The notes under the pieces: model-generated | Database searches by the model: none | What the model was told of the DNA's origin: nothing | The model's input: the letters and a program-made list of their open reading frames with translations, nothing else | Program-made: the position numbers and the translations under genes | Origin: an uncultured bacterium | GTDB lineage: Bacteria; Actinomycetota; Geothermincolia; Geothermincolales; Geothermincolaceae | Assembly (NCBI GenBank): GCA_963765625.1 | Contig: CAVXXD010000013.1 | Span: 172,921-236,920 of the forward strand | Length of the DNA: 64,000 nucleotides | Reading direction: 5' to 3' | Shown: piece by piece, positions 10,027 through 20,995 of the stretch | How the letters are laid out: every line of letters begins with the position of its first letter | How positions within the stretch are numbered: the stretch's first letter is position 1

Positions 10027-11394
10027 TCAGGAGCGGCCGGCCACCATCACGCCCTCCAGCGCCAGGGTGGCGCAGCCCAGGCTCCCGCCCATGGGCAGGA
10101 AGCGAAGGTCGCTGCCGACCAGGGCCACCTGGTGGAGCAGGTCCAGCAGCTGGCCGGCGATGGTGATCTCGCGCAGGGGGCGGTCGAGCTTGCCGTCCTT
10201 GATCAGCAGGCCCAGCGCGCCCAGGGAGATCTCGCCGCTGATAGGGTTAGCCCCGGCGTGCACGCCCACCAGCTGAAGCACCAGCACCCCCTCGCCCACC
10301 TCTTTGATGATCTCGTCCCGCGTCTTGACCCCCGGCGCGAGGAAGAGGTTGGTGGGCGAGACGTGCGGGCGGTCGCGGAAGGAGCCGCGCCGGGCGTTGC
10401 CGGTGCTGGCCGTGCCGCTGCGGGAGGCGGTGTAGGTGGTGTGGAAATAGCTCTGAAGAATCCCCTCGCTGACCACCTCGGTGCGGCGCGAGGGCACCCC
10501 CTCGTCGTCGAAGGGGGCGGTGGCCAGGCCGGCCGGCATCAGGCCGTCGTCCACCACGGTGAGCCGCTGGTTGCCGATGGACTCGCCCAGGCGCCCGGCG
10601 AACAGCGAGCGCCCTTTCAGCACGGCCTCGGCCGATAGGGCCGACGCCAGCACCCCGAGGAACTCCGCCGCGATGAGGTTGTCCAGTACGATGGTGGTGC
10701 GGCGCGAAGCCATGCTGCTCGCTCCGAGCATGCACAAGGCCCGCTCCGCCGCTTCTTCCGCGCAGAGCTTCAGGTCCAGGTCCGAGGGCTTCTTTCCCAC
10801 CGAGAAAGAAAAGCCGGTCTGGGAGTCCTCCCCCTCGCCGGCGATGGGCATGGTGTAACAGTGGCAGTCGCATCCCTGGTAACCGCCGACGAAGCCCTTG
10901 GAGTTGGCCAGGGCCACGCGGTAGACCGCGTCGGCGTAGGCGGTGGACTCGATGGTGCGGATGCGGGAGTCCCGCTCACGGGTGAGGGTCTCCAGCTCCA
11001 GGGCCATCTCCACCTTGCGCTCCACCGGCATCTCCCCGGTCTCCGGGAAATACATCTCCAGGTCGTCCCGGGAGTATTCCGCCGCCTCCGGCAGCAGGTT
11101 GTGCTCGTCCGGCGTGCTGAAGCCGGCATTGTCGACGGCGTCGCGGATGGTCCGCCGCACCTCCTCTGAGTCCAGGCCGGAAGCGTAGGCGTAACCCAGC
11201 CGGCTCCCGTCGAAGACGCGCACGCCCACGCCCTGCGAGGCGGAGGAACGCAGCTCCTCGACTTCGCCCTGGTAGGCCTTGACGGAGAGGCCCGTGGAGT
11301 CCTGCACGTAGACCTCGACCTCGGCGGCGCCCATTCGCTTGCCTTCCTCTACCCAGGCGGCCGCCTTCTCTCGCAGTTCTTCTATACTTCTCAT
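10027..11394 (-). CDS. pmbA: TldD/PmbA family protein, PmbA (TldE) subunit
   Basis: PFDDEGVP, STGNARR, NPISGEIS, EITIAG; no HExxxH; downstream of tldD. Confidence 0.9.
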   Translation of the reverse strand: MRSIEELREKAAAWVEEGKRMGAAEVEVYVQDSTGLSVKAYQGEVEELRSSASQGVGVRVFDGSRLGYAYASGLDSEEVRRTIRDAVDNAGFSTPDEHNLLPEAAEYSRDDLEMYFPETGEMPVERKVEMALELETLTRERDSRIRTIESTAYADAVYRVALANSKGFVGGYQGCDCHCYTMPIAGEGEDSQTGFSFSVGKKPSDLDLKLCAEEAAERALCMLGASSMASRRTTIVLDNLIAAEFLGVLASALSAEAVLKGRSLFAGRLGESIGNQRLTVVDDGLMPAGLATAPFDDEGVPSRRTEVVSEGILQSYFHTTYTASRSGTASTGNARRGSFRDRPHVSPTNLFLAPGVKTRDEIIKEVGEGVLVLQLVGVHAGANPISGEISLGALGLLIKDGKLDRPLREITIAGQLLDLLHQVALVGSDLRFLPMGGSLGCATLALEGVMVAGRS

Positions 11395-12798
11395 CTAGAC
11401 CACCTCCGCCGTTCCTCCGACCACCATTTCTCGCACCCGCAGGTGGGGCTGACCGGTGGACACTGGCACCGACTGGCCGTCCTTGCCGCACATCCCCGCG
11501 TCGAAATCGAGGTCGGCGGCGACGGCGTCGATGTTCTCCAGCACCCGTGGGCCGTTGCCGACCAGGGTGGCACCCTTGATGGGGTCGGCGACCTTGCCGT
11601 TCTCGATCAGGTAGCCCTCGGTGATGGAGAAGATGAAATCGCCGGTGACCGGGTTGACCTCGCCGCCGCCTAGCTTCTTGGCATAGACGCCGCTGCCGGT
11701 GTCGGCGAGGATGTCCTCGAAGGTGTGCTCGCCCGGGGCGATGAAAGTGTTGGACATGCGCGGGATGGGCAGGTGGCGGTAGGACTGGCGCCGCCCGTTG
11801 CCGGTTGCCGCGACGCCGTCGCGCAGTGAGCGTTTCTTGTCGTTTATAAAAGAAGTGAGGACTCCCGCTTCGATGAGAGGAGTGCGCTGGGCCGGGACCC
11901 CTTCGTCGTCGAGGTGGTAGGAGCCCCAGATGTTGGCCAGGGTAGGGTCGTCGTAGGCGAAGACGATATCCGAGGCCACCTTCTCGCCGGTGCGACCCGC
12001 GAAGACGGAGGCATGCTTGAAGACGGCGTCCGCCTCCAGGCCGTGGCCGCAGGCCTCGTGGAACAGCACTCCCCCGGTGCCGTTGGCGATGATCACCGGG
12101 AAGGGGCCGGAGGGGGCGGGCCGGGCGTCCAGCATGGTCAGGGCCTGCCGGGCAGCCATGGCTCCCAGCTCGGCCGGGTCGAAGCGGTCGAACAGCTCGT
12201 AGCCGCCGAACATGCCCGGGGCCTCGTAACCGGTCTGGATATCGCCGCCACGCGCCGCCACCACCTGCACCAGGATGCGCACGCGGGTGCGGTCCTCGTC
12301 CACCGCCTGGCCCTCGCTGGAAGCGATGAAAACCCGCTGGCGGCTGTCGCCCAGGGAGACGATCACCTGGACCACCTCCGCCCCGGCCCCCCGGGCCGCG
12401 GTGTCCGCCCGCCTGGCCAGGGTCAGCTTGACCTCGCGCGGCACCTCCTCGGGATTCTTTTTTACAAAATGTAATATGTCAACCGTGTTGCGCGGGAGCG
12501 GCGCGGTGAGGTCCACCACCCGCGTCCCCGCCTGGCTCCGCACCGCCGCGGCGCAGGTGGCCGCGGTCTGGAGCAGGGAAGCCTCGCTCAGGTCGTTGGT
12601 GTAGGCGTAGGCCATGGACTCGCCGTAGAGGATGCGCACTCCCGCCCCGCTCTCGAGCCCGGTGGAGTTGTCCTCCACCTTCCCTTCTTCCAGGCGCAGG
12701 GAGTAGCCCCGGCGGCTCTCCACGAACAGCTCGGCGAAGTCCCCGCCGTCCCGCAAGGCGCGCTTGATCACTTTATCCGCTGTGGAGATGTCGAGCAT
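11395..12798 (-). CDS. tldD: Metalloprotease TldD
   Basis: FHEACGHGLEAD, DDEG, TGNGRRQSY, PRMSNT, GMCGKDGQSVPV. Confidence 0.93.
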   Translation of the reverse strand: MLDISTADKVIKRALRDGGDFAELFVESRRGYSLRLEEGKVEDNSTGLESGAGVRILYGESMAYAYTNDLSEASLLQTAATCAAAVRSQAGTRVVDLTAPLPRNTVDILHFVKKNPEEVPREVKLTLARRADTAARGAGAEVVQVIVSLGDSRQRVFIASSEGQAVDEDRTRVRILVQVVAARGGDIQTGYEAPGMFGGYELFDRFDPAELGAMAARQALTMLDARPAPSGPFPVIIANGTGGVLFHEACGHGLEADAVFKHASVFAGRTGEKVASDIVFAYDDPTLANIWGSYHLDDEGVPAQRTPLIEAGVLTSFINDKKRSLRDGVAATGNGRRQSYRHLPIPRMSNTFIAPGEHTFEDILADTGSGVYAKKLGGGEVNPVTGDFIFSITEGYLIENGKVADPIKGATLVGNGPRVLENIDAVAADLDFDAGMCGKDGQSVPVSTGQPHLRVREMVVGGTAEVV

Positions 12799-12867
12799 CG
12801 TTCCCCCTCTTTCCTTTTAAAAAGAAGCTCATTCGTCACGATAAGGATAACAGGAATGCTCTTCCCT

Positions 12868-12901
12868 ATAAAAAGGCGCCCGCCCTTTCAGGCGGACGCC
12901 T
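12868..12901 (-). terminator. Rho-independent terminator after multicopper oxidase gene
   Basis: Minus strand AGGCGTCCGCC-TGAAAG-GGCGGGCGCCT followed by T-tract. Confidence 0.7.
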
Positions 12902-12920
12902 CTCTTCTCTTGTGACTGCT

Positions 12921-15900
12921 TTATGGCGTAGGAGCGGCGTTGGACACGGCGGGCGCGGAGTCGGCGTTCACCAGCGGGAAGGTGGGCACGGTACTGCCCA
13001 CCGCGTTCCTGGCGAACACGCGGTAGTACCGGGTACCCGCGAAGGTGCTGGTATCCGTGTAGGTGACCGTACCGGGAACCTGCTCGGTCAGGAAGGTCCA
13101 CGGGCCGTTGAGGTTGTCGGCGTACTCTATGATGTAGCTGGTCTCAACGATGGAGTTGTCCGTCCAGTTGAGCACCACGCCGCCGACGGGGCCCGCGGCG
13201 GTCAGGCCGGTGGGCGCCCAGGGCGCGGTCGCGAACGGGAACCCGTGCATCATGTCCATCTCCTCGTGGCCCAGCAGGTGGCAGTGGAGGACGTACTCCC
13301 ATCCGAAATTGACCAGCTGGTTGCTGATGGAGATGGGGTTGCCCTGCGTATCCGTGTAGCCTCCGGGGGCATACTGCAGGGGCGCACCTTCCGGCATGGT
13401 CGTGTCGATGAGGCGGACGCTTGAGGGTACCTCGAAGGGCAGGACCGGGGCATAGGACCGTATGGCTATGATGGTGTCCTCGAGTGGATTGACCCGCACC
13501 GTCTCCTTCCAGCCCAGTTCGTTGGGGTCGGGCGGACGGGTGCTGTTGTCCCAGGCCACCCTGTTTACTACCTGGACGTTGTTGAGGTGCCAGTGGATGG
13601 TGTGGGTATCCACGCCGTTGTGGGTTATCTTCCAGATCTGTGTGCCGTCCCCGGCCGTCGGATATGAAGCCGTCACGTTGTCCAGGGTCACGTCGACGGG
13701 CGGAGAGATGAAGGGGTAGAGGACGAAGCCTCGGTTGACCGGCTGGATGTTCGCCAGCTCCAGCCCCAGGAATCCGCTCATCCTCCCGTATACCGGATCG
13801 AAGGCCTCCCCCATCTCATCCTGTATCGCTTTGGACTCGAAGGGGATGGTTATCCCCACGGCCTCGACGGCCGCGCCGGTCCCGCCGCCGCCCGTCAGGG
13901 TGACGGTGGGCGCCGAGACGTAACCGGCACCAGGGTTGGTCAGGATGACCCCGGTGACCTCACCGGGCGTGATGGTGGCGGTTGCAGCCGCGCCCGCGCC
14001 TCCCCCGCCGGTGAGCCCGACGGCGGGTGCGGAGGTATAGCCAGTGCCGCCGTTGGTCAGGACTATGCCGGTGACCTCACCGGAAGAGACGGTGGCCGTG
14101 ACGTCGGCGCCTACGCCTCCGCCACCGGTCAGGACGACGGTGGGAACGCCCGTGTAACCGTTGCCCCCATTGGTCAGGATGACCCCGGTGACCTGCCCGA
14201 TACCGATGGCGGCGCTGGCGGTGGCGCCGGTCCCGCCACCACCGCTCAAGGTGACGGTGGGGGCGGAGGTGTAGAAGCTGCCTCCGTTGGTCACCGTAAC
14301 TCCGGTGACTACATCAGCGGTGAGGACGGCTGTCGCCGTAGCGCCGGTCCCGCCGCCGCCCTCGAATATTACCTCGGGCGGGGTGGTATAACCGCTACCT
14401 CCACTATCGACGTTTACGGTGGTCACCCCGGCCACCTGGGAGTAAGCCGCGGCGCCGCTGCCGCCGCCTCCGGTGAAGCTGACGGCGGGCGGTGTGGCGT
14501 AACCCCCTCCTCCATCGTTCAAGGTGAGCGCGGTGACCCCGGATACCTGAGCGTAGGCCGCGGCGCCCGTGCCGCCGCCTCCGGTGAAGTCAACGGCCGG
14601 GGCATTGGTGTAAGCGGCACCCCCCGATGTCAGCGCTACGGAAGTGACCCCCGACACCTGTGTGGTGGCGGTAGCCCCGGTGCCGTCCCCGCCCGATATG
14701 GCCACGGAAGGAGCCGAAGTATAGCCGCTGCCCCCGTCGGTCACCTTAAGGTCCGGCAGCGGGCCGTTGAAGAAGGTGATGGAGGTGTCGTAGATGCGCA
14801 CGTAGGGGTCGACCGGGAAGTCCTTGTTGTAGGCCGAGTTGTAGTCGGCGCTCGGAACAATGATGGGGTCCTGGCTCGCCGCGAACGCGCCCTGCGTTGT
14901 GGCCGTCGAGGCGAAAGCCGCCTCCAGCGCTGCCAGGTCGAAGACGGGAGCCGGAGCCGTATCCGCCACTTTGATCTGCATCACCGTGCGGATATTGGGG
15001 CCGTAGCCCGCCAGGATCGAGGGCGCGCCGCCCGTTTCGGTCATATCGGGGGCACCCGTGTAGTAGTCGTAGCGAGGATCGCGGGCCGGGAAGGCTGCGG
15101 GGGCGTCGTTGTAGAGAATGAGGGTCTTGCCGGCGTATTGCGAGAAGTCGATGATGACGTCGCCCCGCTCGGCCGGCCCCAGGATGAGGGTGCCGTCCGA
15201 GACGTTACCGAAGTTGAAGGTGGTGGGGTCGTTGTTCCACACCACCGGCTGGTTGGGCAGTACCACCGGCGCCGGCAGGAAACCGCCCTCCGTGCCGATC
15301 TGGATGAAATCAGGGCCGGCCAGGGCCGGGTCGGGCACGCCCTCCGTCCCTGCCGTCGATCGGCCACCCCTCCGGATAAGTCGGGTCGGCTTTGGCCGGA
15401 ACCATCTTTCACTTCCGTTCCGGTCCTGCCGTCCGGAGTGGTCACGGTGGGGTCGGCCTCGTAGAGCTGCAGGTTGAAGAAGCGGTCATTGGCGGCGTTG
15501 AGGATGCGCAGGCGGTAAGCCTTGGGGTCCACGGTGGTGGTGGGATAAGGCGTGCCGTTGACCATGGGGGTGTCCATGAACGCTTCCATGGCCATGGAAG
15601 GCGTGGGCGTCCCCGGTATCTCGGAATACTCCCAGGGAGCGTTGTCCGGGTCGTAGTAGGGGTTGGCGACCGGCCCCTGCTCGATAGTGCTGGTGGGTGG
15701 CCAGAACCAGGGGCCGTAGTGCCAGCGGCCGAAGGCGTTCATGCCGCCGGGGTCAGCCGGGTTCTGGTTGGGCATGTAGACGTGGGGCATCCACAGGTTT
15801 CCTTCGCCTCCCCACTTGGCCGTGTCCCAGGTGGGATCCTGCCATTGCAGCTGGGCTGAGTCCGGCACGAAGCTCTTGTCCTGGACGATCAGCGGGATCT

Positions 15901-18400
15901 GGTCGGCCGGGATTATGCCCTTATCGACCAGGCCCTTTTCCACCGGGTCCTGCAATATGTAGCCCGCGGCTTCTCCGGCGTAGACGTTGAGGCGGGTGAT
16001 ACCGAAGGCATGGTCGTGGTAGAACATCAGCCGGGCGCTCTGCTGATTGGTATAGAAGAAGGTCAGCCTGCCGGGGCCGGGGTTGTTCGACGCCCCCGGC
16101 GTCCCTTCCGGCACTACGTCCCCGTTGGCGTCGAACCACATGTCCGGGACGTACTCCACGCTGACCCCCTTGGGGTAAGCGGTGGCGCCGTCGTCGACCG
16201 GGGTGGTCCACTGGTGAGGCGTGCCGTCGCTGATCCATGGCGTGGCCCCCCCGTGCAGGTGGACGGCAGCGCGGTTCTGCATGTACATGTTTACGCCGTC
16301 CGGGCCCATGCCCGCACCCATCAACGTGGTATCCACGGGGATGAACAGGTCGCCGGCCTCGCCCATGGGCAGGTTGTTGGTGAACTTGACGCGCACCGGA
16401 CGGTCTCTCTCGGCCACGATGATCGGCCCGAGGTAGTGGAACTTGCTCACGCTGGCATCGGTGGTGTTGGTCTGACGATAACCCCGCAGGGTTGTCGGAG
16501 GCAGGTCGGAATGGAGTTGCTCGGTATAATCGTTCAACTCGATCTCGTAGTAGTCAGAGCCCGGGAAAGTGGTCTTGTCCGGGATGGCTACCGGCATGTA
16601 CTGTCCCAGGTTGTTGGCGTTGTCGGCGCTCAGTCCTGGCAGCGAGTCGACGAACTTGCGAAGACCGGTGCCCTCCACCACGGTCAGGTTGGCCGCGAAG
16701 GAGAAGCCCATCACATCATGCCCGCCGGTCCAGGCCCCGTTGTAGTTGAAGTACATGGGGCGCTCGGCCACTATCAACTGGTCGTTGGTGCACTCCACCA
16801 CGAAGCTGAAATCGTGGGCGTCGTCGTCCCCGGTACCCAGGGTGTCACGGGGCAAAACCGTCGACCTGGTATTGGCCGGCACGGTCAGCGATTGGGCGGC
16901 GGTAGTGCCGTCTCCCTTCATGTAAGTGATGGTCACGTCGGCATCGAAGGCGCCGGGGTTCTGGATGGTGATATAAGCCTCGAAGTTGGGGCGGCAGGTG
17001 CCCTCGGCGAAGTAGAAAGCGCTGTCGGCGATCATCGCCCCGACGGCGTCGTGTCCCCCGGTCCACTCACCCTTGTAGTTAAAATACATGGGGCGCTCGG
17101 CCAGGATGGGCTGGTCGGACACGATCTTTACCGAGACGTCCCGGCCCGTCCCGACCTCTTCGTTGACGTTGACGGTGGCGCGGGAGGTGGGCCCGACCAC
17201 CAGGTTCTGGGTGTAGACGCTGGAGTCCGAGAACATGTAGGTGATCTCCAGGTTCGCTTCCACGACCCCCGGGTTCTGCAGGGTCAGCCACTCCTCGAAG
17301 TCGTCCATCCCGGTATAGCCCTCCGCGAAGTAGAAGGTACCGCCCAGGGTGTTGGAGCCCATGACGTCGTGGCCTCCCGTCCACTTTTCCCGGTAGTTGA
17401 AATACATGGGGCGCTCGGCCACGATGGGATCGTCCGCCTCGATCTTCACCGAGACTTCTTTATCCAGGCCAACCACTTCATTGACGAAAACGTTGGCGCG
17501 GGTGGTAGCGCCCACGAAGACTTCCTGGGCCTGGGTGGTGCCGTCCGGGAACATGTAGGTGATGTGGGCGATGGTGTCGGCGGTCCCGGGATTGAGCATG
17601 GTCAGCCATTCCTCGAACACACCGGCCCCGGTATACCCTTCCGCGAAGTAGAAGGTGTTCTCGAGAGAGGTGGCGCCCATCACGTCATGGCCGCCAGTCC
17701 ACATCTCCTTGTAGTTGAAGTACATGGGGCGCTCTACGAAGACCTGCCGGCCGTTGGTGCACTCCACCTTGGTGCCGAAGTCGTGAGCCGTATCATCCCC
17801 TACCCCCAGCACGCCGGATGGCAGGACGGTCAGGCGGGTGTGGGGGAAAACCGTCCAGTCCTGGGCGGTAGTGGTGCCGTCCCCTTTCATGTAGGTGATG
17901 GTCACCACGGCATCGGTGTCGCCCGGGTTCTGGATGCACAGGTAAGGGTCGAAGCCGGGGCGGGTGGTGCCTTCGGCGAAGTAGAAGGTGGTAAAAGTGG
18001 TGACGGTCTCGGGCAGCGGGCTGTTGGCATAATTCGGCATGCCGAAGTAGTCGGGGGTGTCACCCGGGCCGATATCGCTATACTCCCTGTCCGCCGAAAC
18101 GGAGTCCGGGCCTGTTTCCAGGCCTTGAGCCTTGGCGCGATCCGCCGCGGCCTGCCTCTCTTCCTGGGTAACGATCCTGTTCTCGTCCAGGCCCAGGGTG
18201 CCAGGTTCTCCGGCATCCCCGGCCGGGGACGCCGCGACCTGAGCCTGGACACCGCCCGCTGCCGGCCCTTGCGCGAGAAGCTGTCCCGTTCCCAGCACTA
18301 GCGCTATCACTAGAAATATACTGACAATAACCAGTATTTTACGTCTCCCCACTTCTACGCCACCCCTTTCCGTCCTTAGAAAACTACCGGTCCTTTTCAT
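12921..18400 (-). CDS. Large secreted multicopper oxidase (MofA/OmpB-like) with YFAEG repeats, Gly-rich repeats and C-terminal FN3-like domain; split by two +1 indels near 15341 and 15408; start may be GTG 18352
   Basis: Signal peptide; Cu motifs VHLHGG, FYHDHA, HTIHWHL, HCHLLGHEEMDMM; removing two homopolymer bases gives EVKMVPAKADPTYPEGWPIDGRDGGVPDP joining both ORFs; LNWTDNS...YYRVFARN. Confidence 0.85.
13857..14744 (-). repeat. Eight 37-39 aa Gly-rich coding repeats (VTxVxxTNGGxGYTxAPxVxxTGGGGxGAxAxA)
   Basis: Counted in translation of ORF 12921..15338. Confidence 0.9.
16705..17990 (-). repeat. Four ~105-110 aa YFAEG...ERPMYFNY...WTGGHD coding repeats
   Basis: Counted in translation of ORF 15041..18400. 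Confidence 0.9.
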
Positions 18401-18448
18401 TCCTTATTTGCTTTTACCCCACTTTTAAACCTACTAATCCTATAGACT

Positions 18449-18462
18449 TTGATAAATATCAA
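18449..18462. promoter_or_regulatory. FNR/Crp-type box TTGAT-N4-ATCAA upstream of the multicopper oxidase
   Basis: TTGATAAATATCAA in an AT-rich intergenic gap. Confidence 0.6.
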
Positions 18463-18471
18463 TTCTTCAAG

Positions 18472-19728
18472 CTAAAAGACGGTTTTTCTTGGGAGGATGA
18501 GCCAGGCCCCCAGGGCAAGCGCCGCCACCCCGGCGGCCAGCATTACCCACAGGCCGTACCCGATTGTGTTTTCAGGCGAAAGCTTGCTCCCGATGAGGAT
18601 GATGTTGACCACCGCGGCTATCGTGCAGAGCAGCCCGGCGGCCACCGCCACCCACCTGCCAGCGCGTTCCCGGTTGAACAGAAACAACAAGCCCGCCGCG
18701 ATCAGCAACGCCCCCAGCACCAGCGGCCAGACGCCGGTAAAGAGATGTGCCGTCTTTCCCGTGTACAACCTGGTGGGGTTCTCGCTGACGAACCTGGCCA
18801 TGAACATGCCATCATCCAGGAGACGGTAACCGGTTGTCACACCCGCGAAAGGCATGAAGGCCGCCCCGAACACCAACACTCCGAGCAGGACCATCGCGGC
18901 CGAAATGCGGGGCGAGCCCCAAACCCTCTTCTTTAGAGAGGAAGGCATGTAATCGGGAACTTCCAGGGCCGTGGGCTCTTCCGCGGCGACGTCTTCCTGC
19001 TCCGCCAGGCGGACAGCAGCCTCCGGCTGCGGGGGAGATACCGGCCTCTGTACAGCCTCTTCCACTATCCTGCCGTCCAGCAGGCGCACCACGCGAGTGG
19101 CGTCACCGGCCAGTTCGTTCCCGTGGGTGACCACGACCATGGTCAGGCCTTCCCGGTTAAGCTCCCGGAAGATGGCCCCGATCTCTTCCGCGCTCCGGGA
19201 GTCCAGGTTGCCCGTCGGCTCGTCGGCCAGGAGGATGGCGGGCTCGTTGATCAGCGCCCTTGCCAGCGCCACCCTCTGCATCTCCCCGCCGGAGAGCTCG
19301 TGCGGAAGGTGGTCGGCCCGTTCCGCCAATCCCACCCGGTCAAGCAGTTGCCTGGCCCTTCCTTCGAGGTCGCCGTTCCGCCTGGCGCTGAACCGCCCCG
19401 GCACCATCACGTTCTCCACCGCCGTAAGGGTCGGTATGAGAAAGAAGTGCTGGAAGACGAAGCCTATGGTGGTGGAACGGATGGTCGCCAGCGCCCTCTC
19501 CGACAATGCCCCGGTTTCCATGCCGTGGACGGTCACCCGGCCGCTGGTCGGCGTGTCCAGGCAACCTATGAGGTTGAGGAGAGTAGTCTTGCCGGAGCCG
19601 GACCGCCCGATCACGGCGAGGTAGTCCCCACGCGCGATGTTCAGGTCCACTCCGTCCACGGCCTGAACCTCTTCCGCCCCGCGCCGGTATTTCCTTGCAG
19701 CTCCCTCGATCTCGACGATGCTACTCAT
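18472..19728 (-). CDS. ABC transporter ATP-binding protein (LolD/MacB-type) fused to a C-terminal ~4-TM domain
   Basis: GRSGSGKT, IGFVFQ, LSGGEMQRVALARAL, LADEPTGNLD, VVVTH; hydrophobic C-terminus. Confidence 0.88.
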   Translation of the reverse strand: MSSIVEIEGAARKYRRGAEEVQAVDGVDLNIARGDYLAVIGRSGSGKTTLLNLIGCLDTPTSGRVTVHGMETGALSERALATIRSTTIGFVFQHFFLIPTLTAVENVMVPGRFSARRNGDLEGRARQLLDRVGLAERADHLPHELSGGEMQRVALARALINEPAILLADEPTGNLDSRSAEEIGAIFRELNREGLTMVVVTHGNELAGDATRVVRLLDGRIVEEAVQRPVSPPQPEAAVRLAEQEDVAAEEPTALEVPDYMPSSLKKRVWGSPRISAAMVLLGVLVFGAAFMPFAGVTTGYRLLDDGMFMARFVSENPTRLYTGKTAHLFTGVWPLVLGALLIAAGLLFLFNRERAGRWVAVAAGLLCTIAAVVNIILIGSKLSPENTIGYGLWVMLAAGVAALALGAWLILPRKTVF

Positions 19729-20872
19729 TATGCACCGCCTCGATGGGGGATACCCGGGAAGCCCGGTAGCCGGGATAGATACCGGCAAGCACCGCCATCC
19801 CCAGAACCACTGCGGAGGTCAGCGCGGCACCTGTCAGGTCCGGCCGGAGGATCCTGCCCGCGGGCGCGTAGCTCAGAAAGCCCTTTACCCAACCGTCGAT
19901 GACGTAAGAGAGCCCGTATCCGGCCCCCAGCCCCAGAGCCAGGCCGGCCCCGCAGATGATCAGGGTCTCGATTGATATCAGCTCGAAGATGTGCGTCCTC
20001 TGGGCCCCCACGCAGCGCAGGTAGCCGAACTCCTGGTTTCGCTCGAAAGTCGCCATGAGGATGGTGTTGAAGATGAAAAGCCCCGCCACCAGCAGCACTA
20101 TGATCACGATGGCCAGCAGCATCGACTTGGTGCTTCCGACCATGTCCAGGATCAGTTCGGTGATGTCGGAGGCCGGCACCACGTACGCCCCCCTCCGCTC
20201 GAGCTGAGTCTGGGTCTCCTGCAACTGTGAGATATCGTTGAGCTGTATCCCGATAACCGTCAACTGGTCCGGGTGCAGGAATATATCCTGCGCGGTCTCG
20301 AGCGGCAGGAAGTAGAAGCCGTCGTCCTCGGTGGAACTCTTGCCCAGGGTACCGCTGACTTCGAACTCCCGGCCCAGGGATTCGATGAACATCCGGTCTC
20401 CCGGTTGCTTCTTGTAATCCTTGGCCAGGTCGTAGCCGAGTATCACCGAGTCCGGGCCCGTGAACCAGGAGCCCTCGAGCTTCCATCCGGGCTTCAAGTC
20501 CCTGATCTCGTCGGAGATGCCGTAGAAGAGATCGGCCCGGCCCCCGGTGATGACCGTCGAGATGAGCATGCCGCCGGCCGTCCGCACCTCGGGCATATCC
20601 TGCGTGTAACCGAGCAACTGCTGGTTGAGGTAAGTAGGGATCTCCCCGCCGTGCAGGATGAGCGACGCCGCCTGCATGGGGCAGCCCTCCATGGATATGT
20701 ACAGGTGAACGCCGGACGCCTCCATCTCCTCCTCGAGAGCCACGTCGTAACCCCGGTTGAAGGAAAGTATGGTGAAGAGGGTCATGGCGGATACCGCCAC
20801 CCCCAGTACGGTAAGAAGCGTGCGGATCCTGTGCCTCTTCAGGTTCTTCCATGCCAAAGCGGTCAGTCTCAT
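19721..20872 (-). CDS. ABC transporter permease (MacB/FtsX-type)
   Basis: LAWKNLKRHRIRTLLTVLGV, ERNQEFGYLRCVGA, YPGYRASRVSPIEAV; stop overlaps ATPase start. Confidence 0.88.
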   Translation of the reverse strand: MRLTALAWKNLKRHRIRTLLTVLGVAVSAMTLFTILSFNRGYDVALEEEMEASGVHLYISMEGCPMQAASLILHGGEIPTYLNQQLLGYTQDMPEVRTAGGMLISTVITGGRADLFYGISDEIRDLKPGWKLEGSWFTGPDSVILGYDLAKDYKKQPGDRMFIESLGREFEVSGTLGKSSTEDDGFYFLPLETAQDIFLHPDQLTVIGIQLNDISQLQETQTQLERRGAYVVPASDITELILDMVGSTKSMLLAIVIIVLLVAGLFIFNTILMATFERNQEFGYLRCVGAQRTHIFELISIETLIICGAGLALGLGAGYGLSYVIDGWVKGFLSYAPAGRILRPDLTGAALTSAVVLGMAVLAGIYPGYRASRVSPIEAVHNE

Positions 20873-20978
20873 ATCGCCGATTCTTTCCTCGCTGTCAGTG
20901 GCATCTCTTTTGCTCCGATTGTTATTCCCAGGCGTTTCCGGCGTTAAACGCGAAGGCCGCCGGGCAATCTCGCCAGGT

Positions 20979-20995
20979 ATCAAAACAGTTTTGAT
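20979..20995. promoter_or_regulatory. Operator-like palindrome in divergent promoter region
   Basis: ATCAAAAC-A-GTTTTGAT, perfect 8-bp arms. Confidence 0.45.

Noticed and set aside
15330-15415. Multicopper oxidase as two genes or a phase-variable gene
   Set aside because: Two single extra bases in short homopolymers restore one continuous frame; runs are too short for typical phase variation
16705-17990. Repeats as a CRISPR array or DGR template/variable pair
   Set aside because: They are in-frame protein repeats with synonymous divergence; no cas or reverse transcriptase gene in the window
16010-18301. 763-aa plus-strand ORF, and other long antisense ORFs such as 43186..45141
   Set aside because: Shadow ORFs of high-GC genes on the opposite strand; no recognisable motifs
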